Assembly: GCA_045545935.1 (NCBI GenBank)
Contig: JAZQBV010000005.1
Location: forward strand, 160,112-224,111
Direction of reading: 5' to 3'
DNA length: 64,000 bases
DNA from: Ruminococcus sp.
GTDB lineage: Bacteria > Bacillota > Clostridia > Oscillospirales > Acutalibacteraceae
Both the position numbers and the translations under genes were made by a program. Below are positions 38,937 through 49,849 of this stretch, piece after piece (within the stretch, counting starts at the first letter, position 1; every line of letters begins with the position of its first letter). The notes under the pieces were generated by a model that was not told the origin of the DNA, ran no database searches, and worked only from the letters and a program-made list of their open reading frames with translations.

Positions 38937-39620
38937 ATGAAAAAATCAACAAAAATTTTATGGGGCATTGTTTTGATTCTCTTGGGTGTAATTTTGGCGC
39001 TAAAGAGTCTTAATATTATGGATATTAATATATTCTTTGACGGCTGGTGGACTCTGATTATCATCATTCCGAGTCTTATAGGAATATTTACAGACAGCAA
39101 CAAGATGCCGTCAATTATCAGCTTTCTTGTTGGTGTAGTTTTGCTTTTGTGTTGTTTAGATATACTTGCATTTGACCTTATATTTAAGCTCGTAGTTCCT
39201 GCTATTGTTGTAATTGTCGGACTCAAGCTTATTTTTGGTACATTCAAGTCAGCCAAGGCGTCAAAGATTATTGAAGAAAACGCACAGTCTAATGTTAACA
39301 GCACTCAGACCTGTGCAACTTTCTCAGGTCAGGATGTAAATTACAGCGGTCATGAGTTCTACGGCACTAATCTTGATGCTATCTTTGGAGGTGTCAATTG
39401 CGACCTTCGCTCTGCTATTATACCAAAAGATTGTGTAATCAAAGTGAGCGCAATATTCGGTGGCATTGATATTTTCCTGCCTGACAATGTTAATGTAAAG
39501 GTCAACTCTAATTCTTTCTTTGGCGGTATTTCTAACAAGAGACACACAAACTCAGCATCAAACTCAGTTACAGTCTATGTTGAGGGTATGTGTCTGTTTG
39601 GAGGAGTTGATATCAAATGA
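38937..39620 (+). CDS. LiaF/DUF2154-like cell-envelope stress membrane protein
   Basis: Four N-terminal TM helices (GWWTLIIIIP) and C-terminal AIFGGVNCDLR, SAIFGGIDI and LFGGVDIK repeats. Confidence 0.8.
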   Translation: MKKSTKILWGIVLILLGVILALKSLNIMDINIFFDGWWTLIIIIPSLIGIFTDSNKMPSIISFLVGVVLLLCCLDILAFDLIFKLVVPAIVVIVGLKLIFGTFKSAKASKIIEENAQSNVNSTQTCATFSGQDVNYSGHEFYGTNLDAIFGGVNCDLRSAIIPKDCVIKVSAIFGGIDIFLPDNVNVKVNSNSFFGGISNKRHTNSASNSVTVYVEGMCLFGGVDIK

Positions 39621-40432
39621 CAGAGCTTCAGAAGATTATCAAATACATTGCACTTACACTTGCTATATGCTTAATTGTAGGTATATTCACTTCAATTTTC
39701 AGCGCTTTCTCTGTGTTTACATACATCTTTGACAACAATACTCAGACGGCGTCTGTAGAGCCAAGTGACACTCAGACTTTTTCTGATATACATGAGCTTG
39801 ATGTAGAACTGTCAAACTACGAGTTTATTATAGAGACCGGAGACACTCTGTCACTTAGTTACGATAGTAGAAATAAAAAAGTCAGAGTAGATGGAAATAA
39901 GCTAATCATTACCGAAAAGAACAAGCCGTTTTCTTTTAAACAGGAAGGCTATACTGTAGTACTTACTGTACCAAAGGACTATTTCTTTACTGAAGTTTCT
40001 ATAGAAATGGGAGCAGGACAGCTCGTAATAGAAGAGCTTAGCACCAATTTGCTTTCTCTTGAGCTTGGTGCAGGTGATGTAGATATCAGAAATCTCACCG
40101 CTATCTCATCAGTAGATATTGATGGTGGAGCAGGTGAGCTGTCAGTAACAAATTCTGAGATTACAGGGCTTGATTTGGATATGGGTGTCGGCTCGCTCGC
40201 ACTTGATTCAAAACTCATCGACAATAGCACCATAGACCTCGGTGTAGGGGACAGCAACCTGATTTTGAGAGGTACTGCTGATGACTATAGATTTGATATA
40301 ACTAAAGGTCTCGGTGAGATTACCATAGACGGAGAGAAGTACAGTTCTTTTAGTAATAACACTATTTCGGGTGAATCAAATTTTGTTGAGCTTAATTGTG
40401 GCATAGGTAATGTTAATATCGATTTTAAATAG
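39617..40432 (+). CDS. DUF4097-like beta-strand repeat membrane-anchored protein
   Basis: N-terminal TM helix then repeated MGAG/LGAG/GGAG/MGVG/LGVG beta units. Confidence 0.75.
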   Translation: MTELQKIIKYIALTLAICLIVGIFTSIFSAFSVFTYIFDNNTQTASVEPSDTQTFSDIHELDVELSNYEFIIETGDTLSLSYDSRNKKVRVDGNKLIITEKNKPFSFKQEGYTVVLTVPKDYFFTEVSIEMGAGQLVIEELSTNLLSLELGAGDVDIRNLTAISSVDIDGGAGELSVTNSEITGLDLDMGVGSLALDSKLIDNSTIDLGVGDSNLILRGTADDYRFDITKGLGEITIDGEKYSSFSNNTISGESNFVELNCGIGNVNIDFK

Positions 40433-40444
40433 TAAAAAAAATAC

Positions 40445-40480
40445 AAGCCATATCAGCGCTTAGCTGATATGGCTTTTTGT
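40445..40480. terminator. Bidirectional terminator
   Basis: AAGCCATATCAGC/GCTGATATGGCTT inverted repeat between convergent genes. Confidence 0.85.
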
Positions 40481-40481
40481 T

Positions 40482-40826
40482 TTAGTGCAATATGTAGTTT
40501 AGTCCCATTATCAGATACAATGGTCCAAGACAATACACCATGAACATTTCTTTGTGAGGTACCTTCTTCTTAAAACAGTCTGTCAGCAACAATAGTTCGA
40601 GCAAATATGCAACAGCACCGCAAAAGTACGCAATAGCTTTTAGTATATGATACACGCTATCCAAAAAGAACGAGCCAATGAAGAGTATCGCAGCAGCACC
40701 AATGAGTAAATTGCGTACATACAATATTACATAGGCGATTCTTGGGTGTGTGCCGTTAGTTAGTTCGTCAGCATCGGGTGTAGTTACATCAACAGTATGT
40801 TTAAATTGCTCAAATATCTTCGACAT
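40482..40826 (-). CDS. Hypothetical small membrane protein (3 TM)
   Basis: 114 aa ORF with hydrophobic segments; AGGAG RBS upstream. Confidence 0.65.
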   Translation of the reverse strand: MSKIFEQFKHTVDVTTPDADELTNGTHPRIAYVILYVRNLLIGAAAILFIGSFFLDSVYHILKAIAYFCGAVAYLLELLLLTDCFKKKVPHKEMFMVYCLGPLYLIMGLNYILH

Positions 40827-40927
40827 GGGTCATCTCCTAAAAAATGTTTTTTACATATTACTATATAAGCAAAAGCATGTCAATATATAGCAAACAAAAA
40901 ACCACTCAGTTTTCCCTGAGTGGTTTA

Positions 40928-41003
40928 TGGTGACCCATCGGAGATTCGAACTCCGGACACCTTGATTAAAAGTCAAGTGCTCTGCCAACTGAGCTAATGA
41001 GTC
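40928..41003 (-). tRNA. tRNA-Lys (TTT)
   Basis: GACTCAT...CTTGA-CTTTTAA-TCAAG...GTTCGAATC...ATGGGTCACCA. Confidence 0.97.
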
Positions 41004-41006
41004 AAG

Positions 41007-41084
41007 TGGGGTGGATAATCGGATTCGAACCGATGGTCTCCAGTGCCACAAACTGGCGCTTTAACCAACTAAGCTATACCCACC
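41007..41084 (-). tRNA. tRNA-His (GTG)
   Basis: Encoded G-1, CCAGT-TTGTGGC-ACTGG anticodon arm, C73 discriminator and CCA. Confidence 0.97.
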
Positions 41085-41087
41085 ATA

Positions 41088-41164
41088 TGGCGCGCTGAAA
41101 GGGACTCGAACCCCTGACCTACTGCTTAGAAGGCAGTTGCTCTATCCAGCTGAGCTATCAGCGC
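41088..41164 (-). tRNA. tRNA-Arg (TCT)
   Basis: GCGCTGA...ACTGC-CTTCTAA-GCAGT...TCAGCGCGCCA. Confidence 0.97.
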
Positions 41165-41204
41165 ATTTCATATGCATGACCAAATAAATTCAGTCAGCCT
41201 TACT

Positions 41205-41233
41205 ATTATATAGTAACTGACATCGTTTGTCAA
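41205..41233 (-). promoter_or_regulatory. SigA promoter of the Arg-His-Lys tRNA operon
   Basis: Perfect TTGACA-17-TATAAT. Confidence 0.85.
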
Positions 41234-41276
41234 TAGTACAAATAGTCTGTAAAATAAAAGATTTTTGAGTTTTAAT

Positions 41277-41897
41277 TTATGATTTTTGTCGTTTTATTAC
41301 CTTTAGTCTCGAGAATTCCTCTCGTTCTTTTTCATCGAGAGCATCTGTAATGAATTTGACTTCGCTATCAAATTTCGGAATCATAATGTTCTTGAGCGCA
41401 TTTGCACGCTTTTGAGTTTTTTTGATAGAGTCGGCAAGTCTGTACACGCTGTTCTCGATTTCAGCAAGCTCTACTGTAAGCTCTTTTACATTTAAAAATC
41501 TCATCTTAGCTTCATCAAGTGCTGAGCTTGTAGATGTAAGTCCATACGATAGCACGTTGTTTTCGACCTTATCTATAGTCAAAATCGGTATCTCTACACC
41601 CATAACACTCCTGTAGTCGAGCTTTATCGATTTATCTACAGGTGTGCTCTGAGATATTTCTTCGCAGTAGCCGAGCGTGATGTTTGCATTCTGAAGTGCA
41701 GAATACGCCATTTCAAATGCTAAATCAATTTTGCTTTGTATTGCGTTCGCTCTGTCAATGAGCATCATCATCTCTCGGATGAGTATATTGCGCTTTCTGT
41801 CAAGTAGCTCAAAGCCTACTTTTGCAAGCTCAAGTGACTTCTTGGTGCTCATTAAGTTGCCTTTTGTAGGTACTACAGATAGTGCCATATAACTCAT
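41277..41897 (-). CDS. ntpD: V/A-type ATPase subunit D
   Basis: PTKGNLM, LLDRKR, KTQKRANAL and EREEFSRLK motifs. Confidence 0.95.
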   Translation of the reverse strand: MSYMALSVVPTKGNLMSTKKSLELAKVGFELLDRKRNILIREMMMLIDRANAIQSKIDLAFEMAYSALQNANITLGYCEEISQSTPVDKSIKLDYRSVMGVEIPILTIDKVENNVLSYGLTSTSSALDEAKMRFLNVKELTVELAEIENSVYRLADSIKKTQKRANALKNIMIPKFDSEVKFITDALDEKEREEFSRLKVIKRQKS

Positions 41898-41909
41898 CCT
41901 TTCTTAATA

Positions 41910-43289
41910 TTATTCAAGTTCTTTGTAGTATTTTTCGAGTGTCTTGTCATCCACTCTGTCAAGCTCGCTCTTTGGTAGGGTGGACAGCAACCTCCATCCC
42001 AAATCAAGGCTTTGCTCGATAGTTCTGTTTTCATTGTTGCCTTGATTCACAAAGGCACTCTCAAATTTTCTACCGAACTCAATGTATTTTTTGTCGATAG
42101 GAGAGAGCTCCTCTTCGCCGATAACAGACGCAAGACTTCGAGCATCTATTACCTTAGCATATGAAGCAAAGAGCTGGTTAGAACACGCCGAGTGATCCTC
42201 TCTTGTGTACCCTTCACCAATACCGTCTTTCATCAGTCGTGACAGAGACGGCAGTACATTGACAGGTGGGTAGATACCCTGACTCTGCAGAGTGCGGTCA
42301 AGCACTATCTGACCCTCTGTTATATATCCTGTCAGGTCAGGTACAGGGTGGGTGATATCGTCATTTGGCATAGTCAGTATCGGTATCTGAGTTACAGAGC
42401 CTTTGGAGCCTTTTATCATACCTGCTCTTTCGTATATAGATGCAAGGTCAGAGTACAGATATCCCGGATATCCCTTTCTGCCCGGAATTTCGCCCTTTGA
42501 AGAGCTGAACTCTCTGAGCGCCTCAGCGTAGGATGTCATATCTGTCATAATAACGAGTATGTGCATATCAAGCTCAAACGCAAGATATTCAGCTACGGTG
42601 AGAGCACACTTTGGCGTCAGCATTCTCTCGATAATCGGGTCGTTAGAAAGATTCAAGAGCATTACAACCCTTGACATTACACCGCTTTCTTCAAAGCTTT
42701 TCTTAAAGTACTGAGCAACGTCATTTTGCACACCCATAGCCGCAAAGACAATGCCGAAGTTGCTGCTCTCTGCACCGCTGAGCTTTGCCTGTCTGACTAT
42801 CTGCACAGCAAGCTCGTTGTGTTTCATACCTGAGCCTGAGAATATCGGTAGCTTCTGACCTCTTATCAGAGTCATCAGCGTGTCTATAGTTGATATACCA
42901 GTGTTGATGTAGTTCTTTGGGTAGATTCGTGACACAGGGTTTATCGCTGTGCCGTTGATGTTCCTCTTTTGCTGTGGATATATTTCTCCCAAGTTGTCTA
43001 TCGGCTTGCCTGCACCGTTTAAAACTCTGCCCATAATCTCAGGCGAGAGTGGCATCTCCATAGGCTTGCCTGTCAGTCGTGTTCGTGTGTTTTTTAGACT
43101 GAGTCCTCTTGTGCCCTCAAAAACCTGCACAACGATTCTGTCGCCATCAATTTGTACAACTCTACCTTGTCTTGTGGTGCCGTTCTCAAGCTTAATATCA
43201 ACAATTTCTTCGTAGGAAACGCCCTTGACCGAGTCAATAACTATCAAAGGTCCGTTAATCTCTTTGACGCCGACATAATTGATAATCAT
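41910..43289 (-). CDS. ntpB: V/A-type ATPase subunit B
   Basis: [25 protein letters not shown] and [15 protein letters not shown] motifs; GGAGG RBS before ATG 43289. Confidence 0.96.
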   Translation of the reverse strand: MIINYVGVKEINGPLIVIDSVKGVSYEEIVDIKLENGTTRQGRVVQIDGDRIVVQVFEGTRGLSLKNTRTRLTGKPMEMPLSPEIMGRVLNGAGKPIDNLGEIYPQQKRNINGTAINPVSRIYPKNYINTGISTIDTLMTLIRGQKLPIFSGSGMKHNELAVQIVRQAKLSGAESSNFGIVFAAMGVQNDVAQYFKKSFEESGVMSRVVMLLNLSNDPIIERMLTPKCALTVAEYLAFELDMHILVIMTDMTSYAEALREFSSSKGEIPGRKGYPGYLYSDLASIYERAGMIKGSKGSVTQIPILTMPNDDITHPVPDLTGYITEGQIVLDRTLQSQGIYPPVNVLPSLSRLMKDGIGEGYTREDHSACSNQLFASYAKVIDARSLASVIGEEELSPIDKKYIEFGRKFESAFVNQGNNENRTIEQSLDLGWRLLSTLPKSELDRVDDKTLEKYYKELE

Positions 43290-43302
43290 AGCATTTCCTC
43301 CT

Positions 43303-45054
43303 TTACTTAATTGATGCAAACTTTGAGTCGATTTCCTCAATGATAGAGTCAAACATATCGAGCCTGTCGTTAGGAATATCGTACTTCATTTTGGTCAGTT
43401 TATCGAACAGACCAAGCTCTGTGACCTTAGAGATAGGAATAGCCGCATTGACAAGATGCTTGGCCTTGTCGTAGAGATGCAGTATAACCTTCATCATCAG
43501 CTTCTGCTTTTGTAGTGGTACATAGGTGTCCTCTTTGTGAAAAGCGTTCTGCTGTAGAAAACCTACTCGGATAACTCTTGCTGTTTCGATAACAAGCTTT
43601 TGGTCATCAGGCAGTACATCCGAGCCGATGAGCTTTACTATCTCCATCAGTCTGCTTTCTTCTGAGAGAAGGGCAGATATCCTGTTTCTGTATTTTATGA
43701 AATCTTCGCCGTAGTTTTTCTCAAACCACGGGTCAAGGTCTGTGAAGTATTCGCTGTAGCTGTTTGTCCAGTTTATAGCAGGGTAGTGGCGAGAGTACGC
43801 AAGACTCTTATCAAGCGCCCAAAAACATCTTGTAAAACGTTTTGTGTTCTGTGTTACAGGTTCAGAGAAGTCTGAGCCCTGAGGTGATACAGCACCGATT
43901 ATAGTTACTGAGCCTTCACCACATCCAAGTGTCATTGCTCTGCATCCACGCTCATAAAACTCAGATAGCCTTGACGGCAGATATGCAGGAAAGCCCTCTT
44001 CCGCAGGCATTTCTTCAAGTCTGCCGGAGATTTCTCTGAGTGCCTCTGCCCATCTTGATGTAGAGTCAGCCATAATAGCAACAGAATATCCCATATCTCT
44101 GTAGTATTCAGCAAGCGTGATACCTGTGTAGATAGATGCCTCACGAGCCGCAACAGGCATGTTAGATGTATTAGCTATGAGCGAAGTTCTGTCTGTCATC
44201 GGTCTGTCAGATTTTGGGTCGATAAGCTCAGAGAATTCTGTGAGCACCTGACTCATCTCGTTGCCACGCTCACCACAGCCGACATAAATGATGATGTCAG
44301 CATCGCACCACTTGGCTATCTGGTGCTGAGTCATGGTTTTGCCTGTGCCAAAGCCTCCCGGGATAGCGGCAGTACCGCCCTTAGAAACAGGGAACAGGGT
44401 GTCAATTACACGCTGACCTGTTATCAGCGGAACAGATGCCTCAAGTCGTTCTTTTACAGGACGTGGAGTTCTGATAGGCCATTTCTGACACAAACTAAGG
44501 TTGTGAATTTCTCCTTTTGAGTCTTTGAGCCTGATTATAGTATCGTGAATTTTATATTTACCATTGGCAGATACATCGATTACCTCACCGCAAAGCGCAG
44601 GGGGTACCATCACCTTGTGTGTGATAATCTGAGTTTCAGGCACAGTTGCGTATACCATACCACCGTCAAGGTGGTCGCCGACCTTTGCGGTTACTGTGAC
44701 ATACCATAGCTTTTCGGTATCAAGTGCAGATACAGCACTACCTCGGCTGATAAAAGCACCCTCAAGCTCCTCGATTTTTTGCAGAGGTCGCTCGATTCCA
44801 TCAAAAATATTATCAAGTATTCCCGGTCCGAGCAGTACGTTCATTGGAGCTTTAGTGCCTTCTACAGGGTCGCCTTTTTTCAGTCCGGTTGTGTCCTCAT
44901 ATACCTGTATTGTTGTGAATTTTTCGTTGACACCAATAATCTCGCCGACAAGCCTTTCTTTGCCGACATAGACCATCTCCATCATCGAGAATTCAGTTGC
45001 GTTTTTAACGGTTACGACAGGGCCGTTAATACCATATATACAGTTGCCCATCAT
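43303..45054 (-). CDS. ntpA: V/A-type ATPase subunit A
   Basis: [10 protein letters not shown]-loop, CGERGNEM and [12 protein letters not shown] motifs. Confidence 0.97.
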   Translation of the reverse strand: MMGNCIYGINGPVVTVKNATEFSMMEMVYVGKERLVGEIIGVNEKFTTIQVYEDTTGLKKGDPVEGTKAPMNVLLGPGILDNIFDGIERPLQKIEELEGAFISRGSAVSALDTEKLWYVTVTAKVGDHLDGGMVYATVPETQIITHKVMVPPALCGEVIDVSANGKYKIHDTIIRLKDSKGEIHNLSLCQKWPIRTPRPVKERLEASVPLITGQRVIDTLFPVSKGGTAAIPGGFGTGKTMTQHQIAKWCDADIIIYVGCGERGNEMSQVLTEFSELIDPKSDRPMTDRTSLIANTSNMPVAAREASIYTGITLAEYYRDMGYSVAIMADSTSRWAEALREISGRLEEMPAEEGFPAYLPSRLSEFYERGCRAMTLGCGEGSVTIIGAVSPQGSDFSEPVTQNTKRFTRCFWALDKSLAYSRHYPAINWTNSYSEYFTDLDPWFEKNYGEDFIKYRNRISALLSEESRLMEIVKLIGSDVLPDDQKLVIETARVIRVGFLQQNAFHKEDTYVPLQKQKLMMKVILHLYDKAKHLVNAAIPISKVTELGLFDKLTKMKYDIPNDRLDMFDSIIEEIDSKFASIK

Positions 45055-45644
45055 AACACCACCTTAAGTCCTGAGCTCTCAACAAAATATGCCCTTTGGT
45101 CATATAGTTTTGAGTCAAGTGTTTCGTCTATAAGTATGCTTTCTGTTTCGCACAGCGCAGTGAGTCCGCCGATTTCGATATTACCGTCAAATTCTACTTT
45201 GCACTCAGGATAGATGTCTTTTATAGTGTCAACAATATCGCTGTCAGCTTCTCTGACTTTGAGCACGCACTCTTTGTGGTCAAGAGTATCTGCGACTTTC
45301 TTAACACTTGATTTCAGACTTTCTTTATATGCATCTGTCTTAGTGTATTCAACAATCTTTTCTTTAGCGTCTTTGAACACTTGCTCAACTATACTGTTTC
45401 GTTTTTCAAACAGCTGTTTCTTTGACTGTTGCTCACGCATAGCAATATCGCTGACTATCTGAGTTCTTCTTACACTGTATTCTTTTTGAAACAGGGCATA
45501 GGCGTCTTTTAGTCCCTCTTGAGTAGCTTTTTCTATTTCCTGTTTCTTGAATTCTTCGACCTCAAGCATAATCTCATCACGCTGTTGCTGAGCGTATTTA
45601 TTGATAGCCGTCAAAAAACTGCTTGTTTTGTTTGTTTCGTTCAT
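45051..45644 (-). CDS. ntpE: V/A-type ATPase subunit E
   Basis: Coiled-coil N-terminus, IGGL...ILIDETLD C-terminus; operon position. Confidence 0.85.
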   Translation of the reverse strand: MNETNKTSSFLTAINKYAQQQRDEIMLEVEEFKKQEIEKATQEGLKDAYALFQKEYSVRRTQIVSDIAMREQQSKKQLFEKRNSIVEQVFKDAKEKIVEYTKTDAYKESLKSSVKKVADTLDHKECVLKVREADSDIVDTIKDIYPECKVEFDGNIEIGGLTALCETESILIDETLDSKLYDQRAYFVESSGLKVVL

Positions 45645-45680
45645 ATATTTACCTTCTTATTTGAAAAAGATAATGTCTGG

Positions 45681-45989
45681 TTACATTTTCACTCCGATAG
45701 CATCCTGAACATATCGTGTAATACTATCCTTGGTGCGTCCTTGTCCGTGTCTGTCAGGTATTTCTATGATAAGAGGCTTTTTGTAGTTGAGCTTAATATC
45801 ATAAATCTTGTCGTGACATTTTTTCATCAAGGTTTCTGTCATCAGTACAACTGCTATATCATCATCGCTGATAGCCCTGTCAAGAGCTTCTTCGATGTGC
45901 TTTTCAGAGTGTACTACTTCACCCTCAATTCCTGCGAGTCGCATTCCCATCAGAGTGTCAACATTATCGCTGATAAGATACATTTTCAT
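45681..45989 (-). CDS. V/A-type ATPase subunit F
   Basis: DTLMGMRLAGIEG and PLIIEIPD motifs. Confidence 0.92.
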   Translation of the reverse strand: MKMYLISDNVDTLMGMRLAGIEGEVVHSEKHIEEALDRAISDDDIAVVLMTETLMKKCHDKIYDIKLNYKKPLIIEIPDRHGQGRTKDSITRYVQDAIGVKM

Positions 45990-46006
45990 TATATTTGTCC
46001 TTTGAA

Positions 46007-46429
46007 TTACAGTGAAGAAATAATCATGATTGAGATGAGCATACCATACAGTGCACAGCCCTCACCCAAAGCAACAAAAATGATAGATTTACCAAAGTTC
46101 TTAGGGTCCTCGCTTGTAGCACCGATAGCAGCAGGAGCAGAGCCACCTACAGCGATACCGCCACCAATGCAAGAAAGACCAGTTGACAGTCCTGCAGCTA
46201 TATAGCCCCAACCTGTAGCGGTAGATGCAGCCTGAGTAGCTGTATTGACATCAGCGGCATTTGCAACGATAGGGCACAAAAGACAAAAAGCAAAAACACC
46301 ACAGAATGACGCTATCTGAGTCAGTACGGTTCTCTTAGCGCTTTTGCCTTTTTCAAATGCTCTGATAGACAGAATAACTGATACTGCCAAAAAAGCAGCA
46401 GGAATAAAAAACAATAGATATTCTAACAT
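46007..46429 (-). CDS. ntpK: V/A-type ATPase rotor subunit K/c
   Basis: Gly-rich helix GLSCIGGGIAVG and carboxylate helix VALGEGCALYG; GGAGG RBS before ATG 46429. Confidence 0.92.
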   Translation of the reverse strand: MLEYLLFFIPAAFLAVSVILSIRAFEKGKSAKRTVLTQIASFCGVFAFCLLCPIVANAADVNTATQAASTATGWGYIAAGLSTGLSCIGGGIAVGGSAPAAIGATSEDPKNFGKSIIFVALGEGCALYGMLISIMIISSL

Positions 46430-46447
46430 AATAAAACCCTCCAAAAA

Positions 46448-48397
46448 TTAGTTTTCTTTACTTTGATTATTAATTCTGACAGGCTTGTATTCTCTGCCGT
46501 CACCAATGTAAAATCTGCTGAACATCTCATAGTACTCAAGTCTTAATACCTGAATACCTACGAGCAACGCTTCGAGTGCCGCAACGATTAGGTTGCCTAT
46601 AACTACCGTTATCCAGTAGCCTGTGCCCGAGAACATCGATGCAAGCACAAACACAACCTGCATCATACCGGCGTGTACAAGCACAAATGCACCCACACGT
46701 AAAAAGCTCATAGTATTAGTTACATAAGACAGACATACCTCGAACAGTTCGAAAAAGTTATCCACAATAAACGAGCCGATTTTCTTTGGCATAAAGTCTT
46801 TCTTTCCTTCTATCGCTTCTGACAGCGGTTCTCGCAAGAACACGAGTATCAGCGGAATAACAATGAGAAACAGTACATACGCCCAGTTCATGATTTTGAT
46901 ACCAAGTATCATAGAGCACACAAGTCCCGTAACAAGGGAAGTGTAGAACAAAAGTCCACATATTCCGTTTACACCGAATATTGCATTGCCTATATCTCTG
47001 CGTTTAAAGGACGAGTAGATGTTTAGTCCCATAGCCACTATCAACAGCATAACACCAATGCCTACTGCCGAGTATATTATGGTCATAGTCCAGTGTGACT
47101 CCATAACTTCAATTGGCTTCTCGTTCATATTGAATAGTTTCTGATACATAGGGTCGAGCACGTGTTCAAAGCCGAACACCGAGCCAAACACAAAGCCAAA
47201 TATTGTAGAAGATATTGAGCAAGGTATCAGTAGTCTGCCTAACTCCATATTCATTTTTTTGTACATAAACATCGCTGCGATAAAGAGTATCACACCATGG
47301 CCAACATCGCCAAACATAATACCAAAAAGCAGAGAGTAGGTGAATGCGATAAAACCTGACGGGTCTATTTCGCCATAATTAGGTGTACCATACATCTGTG
47401 TGTAGTACTCAAATGGCTTTGCAAAGAAGTTGTTCTTAAACTTAACAGGTGGTTTGTGCTTAATTTCATCTTTTGCATCACTTACATTTACATCGATGCT
47501 CTCAATGCTCTCAAGTGCTTTTGTTAGTTTTTCTTCGTCTTCTGCAGGAACCCACCCGGCAAGAACAAAGTTTTTGTGATATCTGTATGCGTGGTTCTTG
47601 ATAGAATTAAATGCAGATAGTTCACTAAGCTTTGAGTACACCTTGAGCATTTTGTCTTTGTTTTCTTCACAAAAAGCGGTGATTTTCTTATTGATGTCAG
47701 AAACCTTCTTCTCAAGCTCTTTTATTGAGTTTTCTTCGTGAGTTATGAAGTCTACAGGAGTACCCTTGTATCCTGCAACCTCACAATGCTCAAAGTAAAG
47801 TGCAGAGAAGATGCTGTCTATTTCGTCAGCCTGGTCTACTGGTGCGGTGTATACTCCCCAGTAATATCTGTCATCATTAGTACACGGAAAGAACTGTACA
47901 AACGGGTTATCGTGATAAGCTGACAGTTTGTTGAAGCTATCCTTAGGTAGTCTGCCAAAATTAGCCTTAACAAACTCGCATTGCTCTATTTTTTCCATCT
48001 CAAGCTCAAGCCCGATGAAGTGTCTGCTGTTTTCGATTTTTCTCTTACTGCTTTCGATTTCTCTTGTTGCATTTTCTTTTTCTGCTATCGCAGTACCAAG
48101 CTCGTTGCTGATTTCTTCAACATAGCTGTAGAGCTCGTTTGTATCTACATCTTCATAGTCCTCACAGCTTATATGCTCAGGCTCTATATTGGCCTGAGTT
48201 AGTATCTTTTTGAGAGAACTCAGAGAGTTGTTGTAGTCGTTTTTTGCAATAACAGGGAAGAACTTCTCTGTTTCAGAGAAAAACAGCGTTGCGTCATCAG
48301 GGTGAAAAACCTGAGACTGACCGAGTGTTGTGACAACTTCATCAAGATGCTTCATTAAGCCGATTATTGATAGAAATTTCATTTTTGATAAAGCCAA
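46448..48397 (-). CDS. ntpI: V/A-type ATPase subunit I/a
   Basis: GEIDP, FGIMFGDVGHG, NTMSFLRVGAF and LRLEYYEMFSRFY motifs. Confidence 0.95.
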   Translation of the reverse strand: MALSKMKFLSIIGLMKHLDEVVTTLGQSQVFHPDDATLFFSETEKFFPVIAKNDYNNSLSSLKKILTQANIEPEHISCEDYEDVDTNELYSYVEEISNELGTAIAEKENATREIESSKRKIENSRHFIGLELEMEKIEQCEFVKANFGRLPKDSFNKLSAYHDNPFVQFFPCTNDDRYYWGVYTAPVDQADEIDSIFSALYFEHCEVAGYKGTPVDFITHEENSIKELEKKVSDINKKITAFCEENKDKMLKVYSKLSELSAFNSIKNHAYRYHKNFVLAGWVPAEDEEKLTKALESIESIDVNVSDAKDEIKHKPPVKFKNNFFAKPFEYYTQMYGTPNYGEIDPSGFIAFTYSLLFGIMFGDVGHGVILFIAAMFMYKKMNMELGRLLIPCSISSTIFGFVFGSVFGFEHVLDPMYQKLFNMNEKPIEVMESHWTMTIIYSAVGIGVMLLIVAMGLNIYSSFKRRDIGNAIFGVNGICGLLFYTSLVTGLVCSMILGIKIMNWAYVLFLIVIPLILVFLREPLSEAIEGKKDFMPKKIGSFIVDNFFELFEVCLSYVTNTMSFLRVGAFVLVHAGMMQVVFVLASMFSGTGYWITVVIGNLIVAALEALLVGIQVLRLEYYEMFSRFYIGDGREYKPVRINNQSKEN

Positions 48398-48429
48398 GTA
48401 ATCACCTCTTTTGTATATATAGGTAGATG

Positions 48430-49470
48430 TTAGTTGTAAATCAACAGGTCCAAGATATACTCTGCAGAGCAGTTGTATCTTACGCCTTCAATTATCGTGA
48501 TTATATTTTGCAGCTCTGTCTCGCTGACATACATATATGAGAGCAATACTACTGCAGGCGACTGAGAGAAGTACAGCTTTTTTCTGCACATATTGTATCT
48601 GCCCTCGATGGCAAGATGTTCTTCTTTTTCGATACTCATATTGTGCAGACGCTTGCCTGCAGGTGTGGTTATCATAATATTGAATACATCATCAATATCA
48701 TTTGCATTGCACATCTTGTCTATGGCGTCCTTTCTCAATGTGCCAAATGGTATGAGATGTTCCTTTATCTGCTTAGCAGATAGCGAGTAGTACTTCTTTA
48801 GTCTGAGAATTCGAGACAGATTATTGAAGTCATTTATATAGTCAAACAGCTCAATTAGCATCTGTCGCTCTTTTTTTGATTTTCTTTTAGATATTGCTGT
48901 GTAAAGCTCAGTCTGTGCATATATTCTCAGCGCATCTTCAGCGCTTGCAATATCTATCCCTTTGTCGCTTGTAGGTCTGAATTTTTCAAGGATTTTGTGG
49001 TATTCACCCTTGTTGAGTGTGTTGAGAAATTCATCAAAGCTTCTGCATCTTGACAGCTTTACAAGGTCAATATCCGTGTGCTTATTAAAGTAAGAGGGCA
49101 GAGCGTAGATATATTCTTCTACCTTAGAGCAATTCAGCAGCAGCATAAAATGCACAAGCTGAGATATCTCGTATTGCCTGATAATAAATTCCGAGAAAGG
49201 TGAGCCGTCACTCATTTCATATCTGCACAGCGAGTCAAAGTCATAGAACAGCTTTTGTCTGAGCATTGTCTCGATCTGGCCGCGGTGAACATTGTCTTGT
49301 TGAAGCTTGTTGAGTGTTTGCGAGTAGTGTGTCTGATTTTTCAGGTAGTTAACTACAGCATCGACACTCTGGCATTTTGATAGCGCTTTATAGTCTTTGT
49401 TTGTCAAACGTCTGCCGTATTTACTTCTTGCTTTAGTAATCACCGCAGAGGACGAGTTGATAAGCGACAT
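48430..49470 (-). CDS. ntpC: V/A-type ATPase subunit C (V0 d-like)
   Basis: KARSKYGRRL N-terminus and ELQNIITIIEGVRY C-terminus. Confidence 0.88.
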   Translation of the reverse strand: MSLINSSSAVITKARSKYGRRLTNKDYKALSKCQSVDAVVNYLKNQTHYSQTLNKLQQDNVHRGQIETMLRQKLFYDFDSLCRYEMSDGSPFSEFIIRQYEISQLVHFMLLLNCSKVEEYIYALPSYFNKHTDIDLVKLSRCRSFDEFLNTLNKGEYHKILEKFRPTSDKGIDIASAEDALRIYAQTELYTAISKRKSKKERQMLIELFDYINDFNNLSRILRLKKYYSLSAKQIKEHLIPFGTLRKDAIDKMCNANDIDDVFNIMITTPAGKRLHNMSIEKEEHLAIEGRYNMCRKKLYFSQSPAVVLLSYMYVSETELQNIITIIEGVRYNCSAEYILDLLIYN

Positions 49471-49501
49471 ATGTTCACCTCCTTAATGTTTTTAGCAGAG
49501 C

Positions 49502-49810
49502 TTAGCCTATAGTGCGTTTGACTATATCATCAACCCACTTTGAGTGGTTTTCTTTGTCCTGCTTTTCGAGCTGTCTCAAAGCTTCTTCTTGTTTTTCTTT
49601 TGTTTCACACCATTTGTTCTCGGCGTTTTGTTTGTCTATTTCGAGATTTTTTTCTATTCTGATTCTCGCTCTTTGTACAAAGTCATCGTGGATTTTCTGC
49701 TTACTTTCAAGAATTTCTTTTTCAGCAGCCAATTTGTCTTTTATAGCTTTTTCCTTGATAAGTCGGGCTTCTTCATCCATTTTGATGATTTTCTTGAGCA
49801 TCTCTTGCAC
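49502..49810 (-). CDS. V/A-type ATPase peripheral stalk subunit G/H
   Basis: 102 aa coiled coil starting LKKIIKMDEEA; first gene of the ATPase run. Confidence 0.72.
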   Translation of the reverse strand: MQEMLKKIIKMDEEARLIKEKAIKDKLAAEKEILESKQKIHDDFVQRARIRIEKNLEIDKQNAENKWCETKEKQEEALRQLEKQDKENHSKWVDDIVKRTIG

Positions 49811-49849
49811 AGAGCATCGCCTCCGAAAAAAGATTTGTATATTTAGTAG

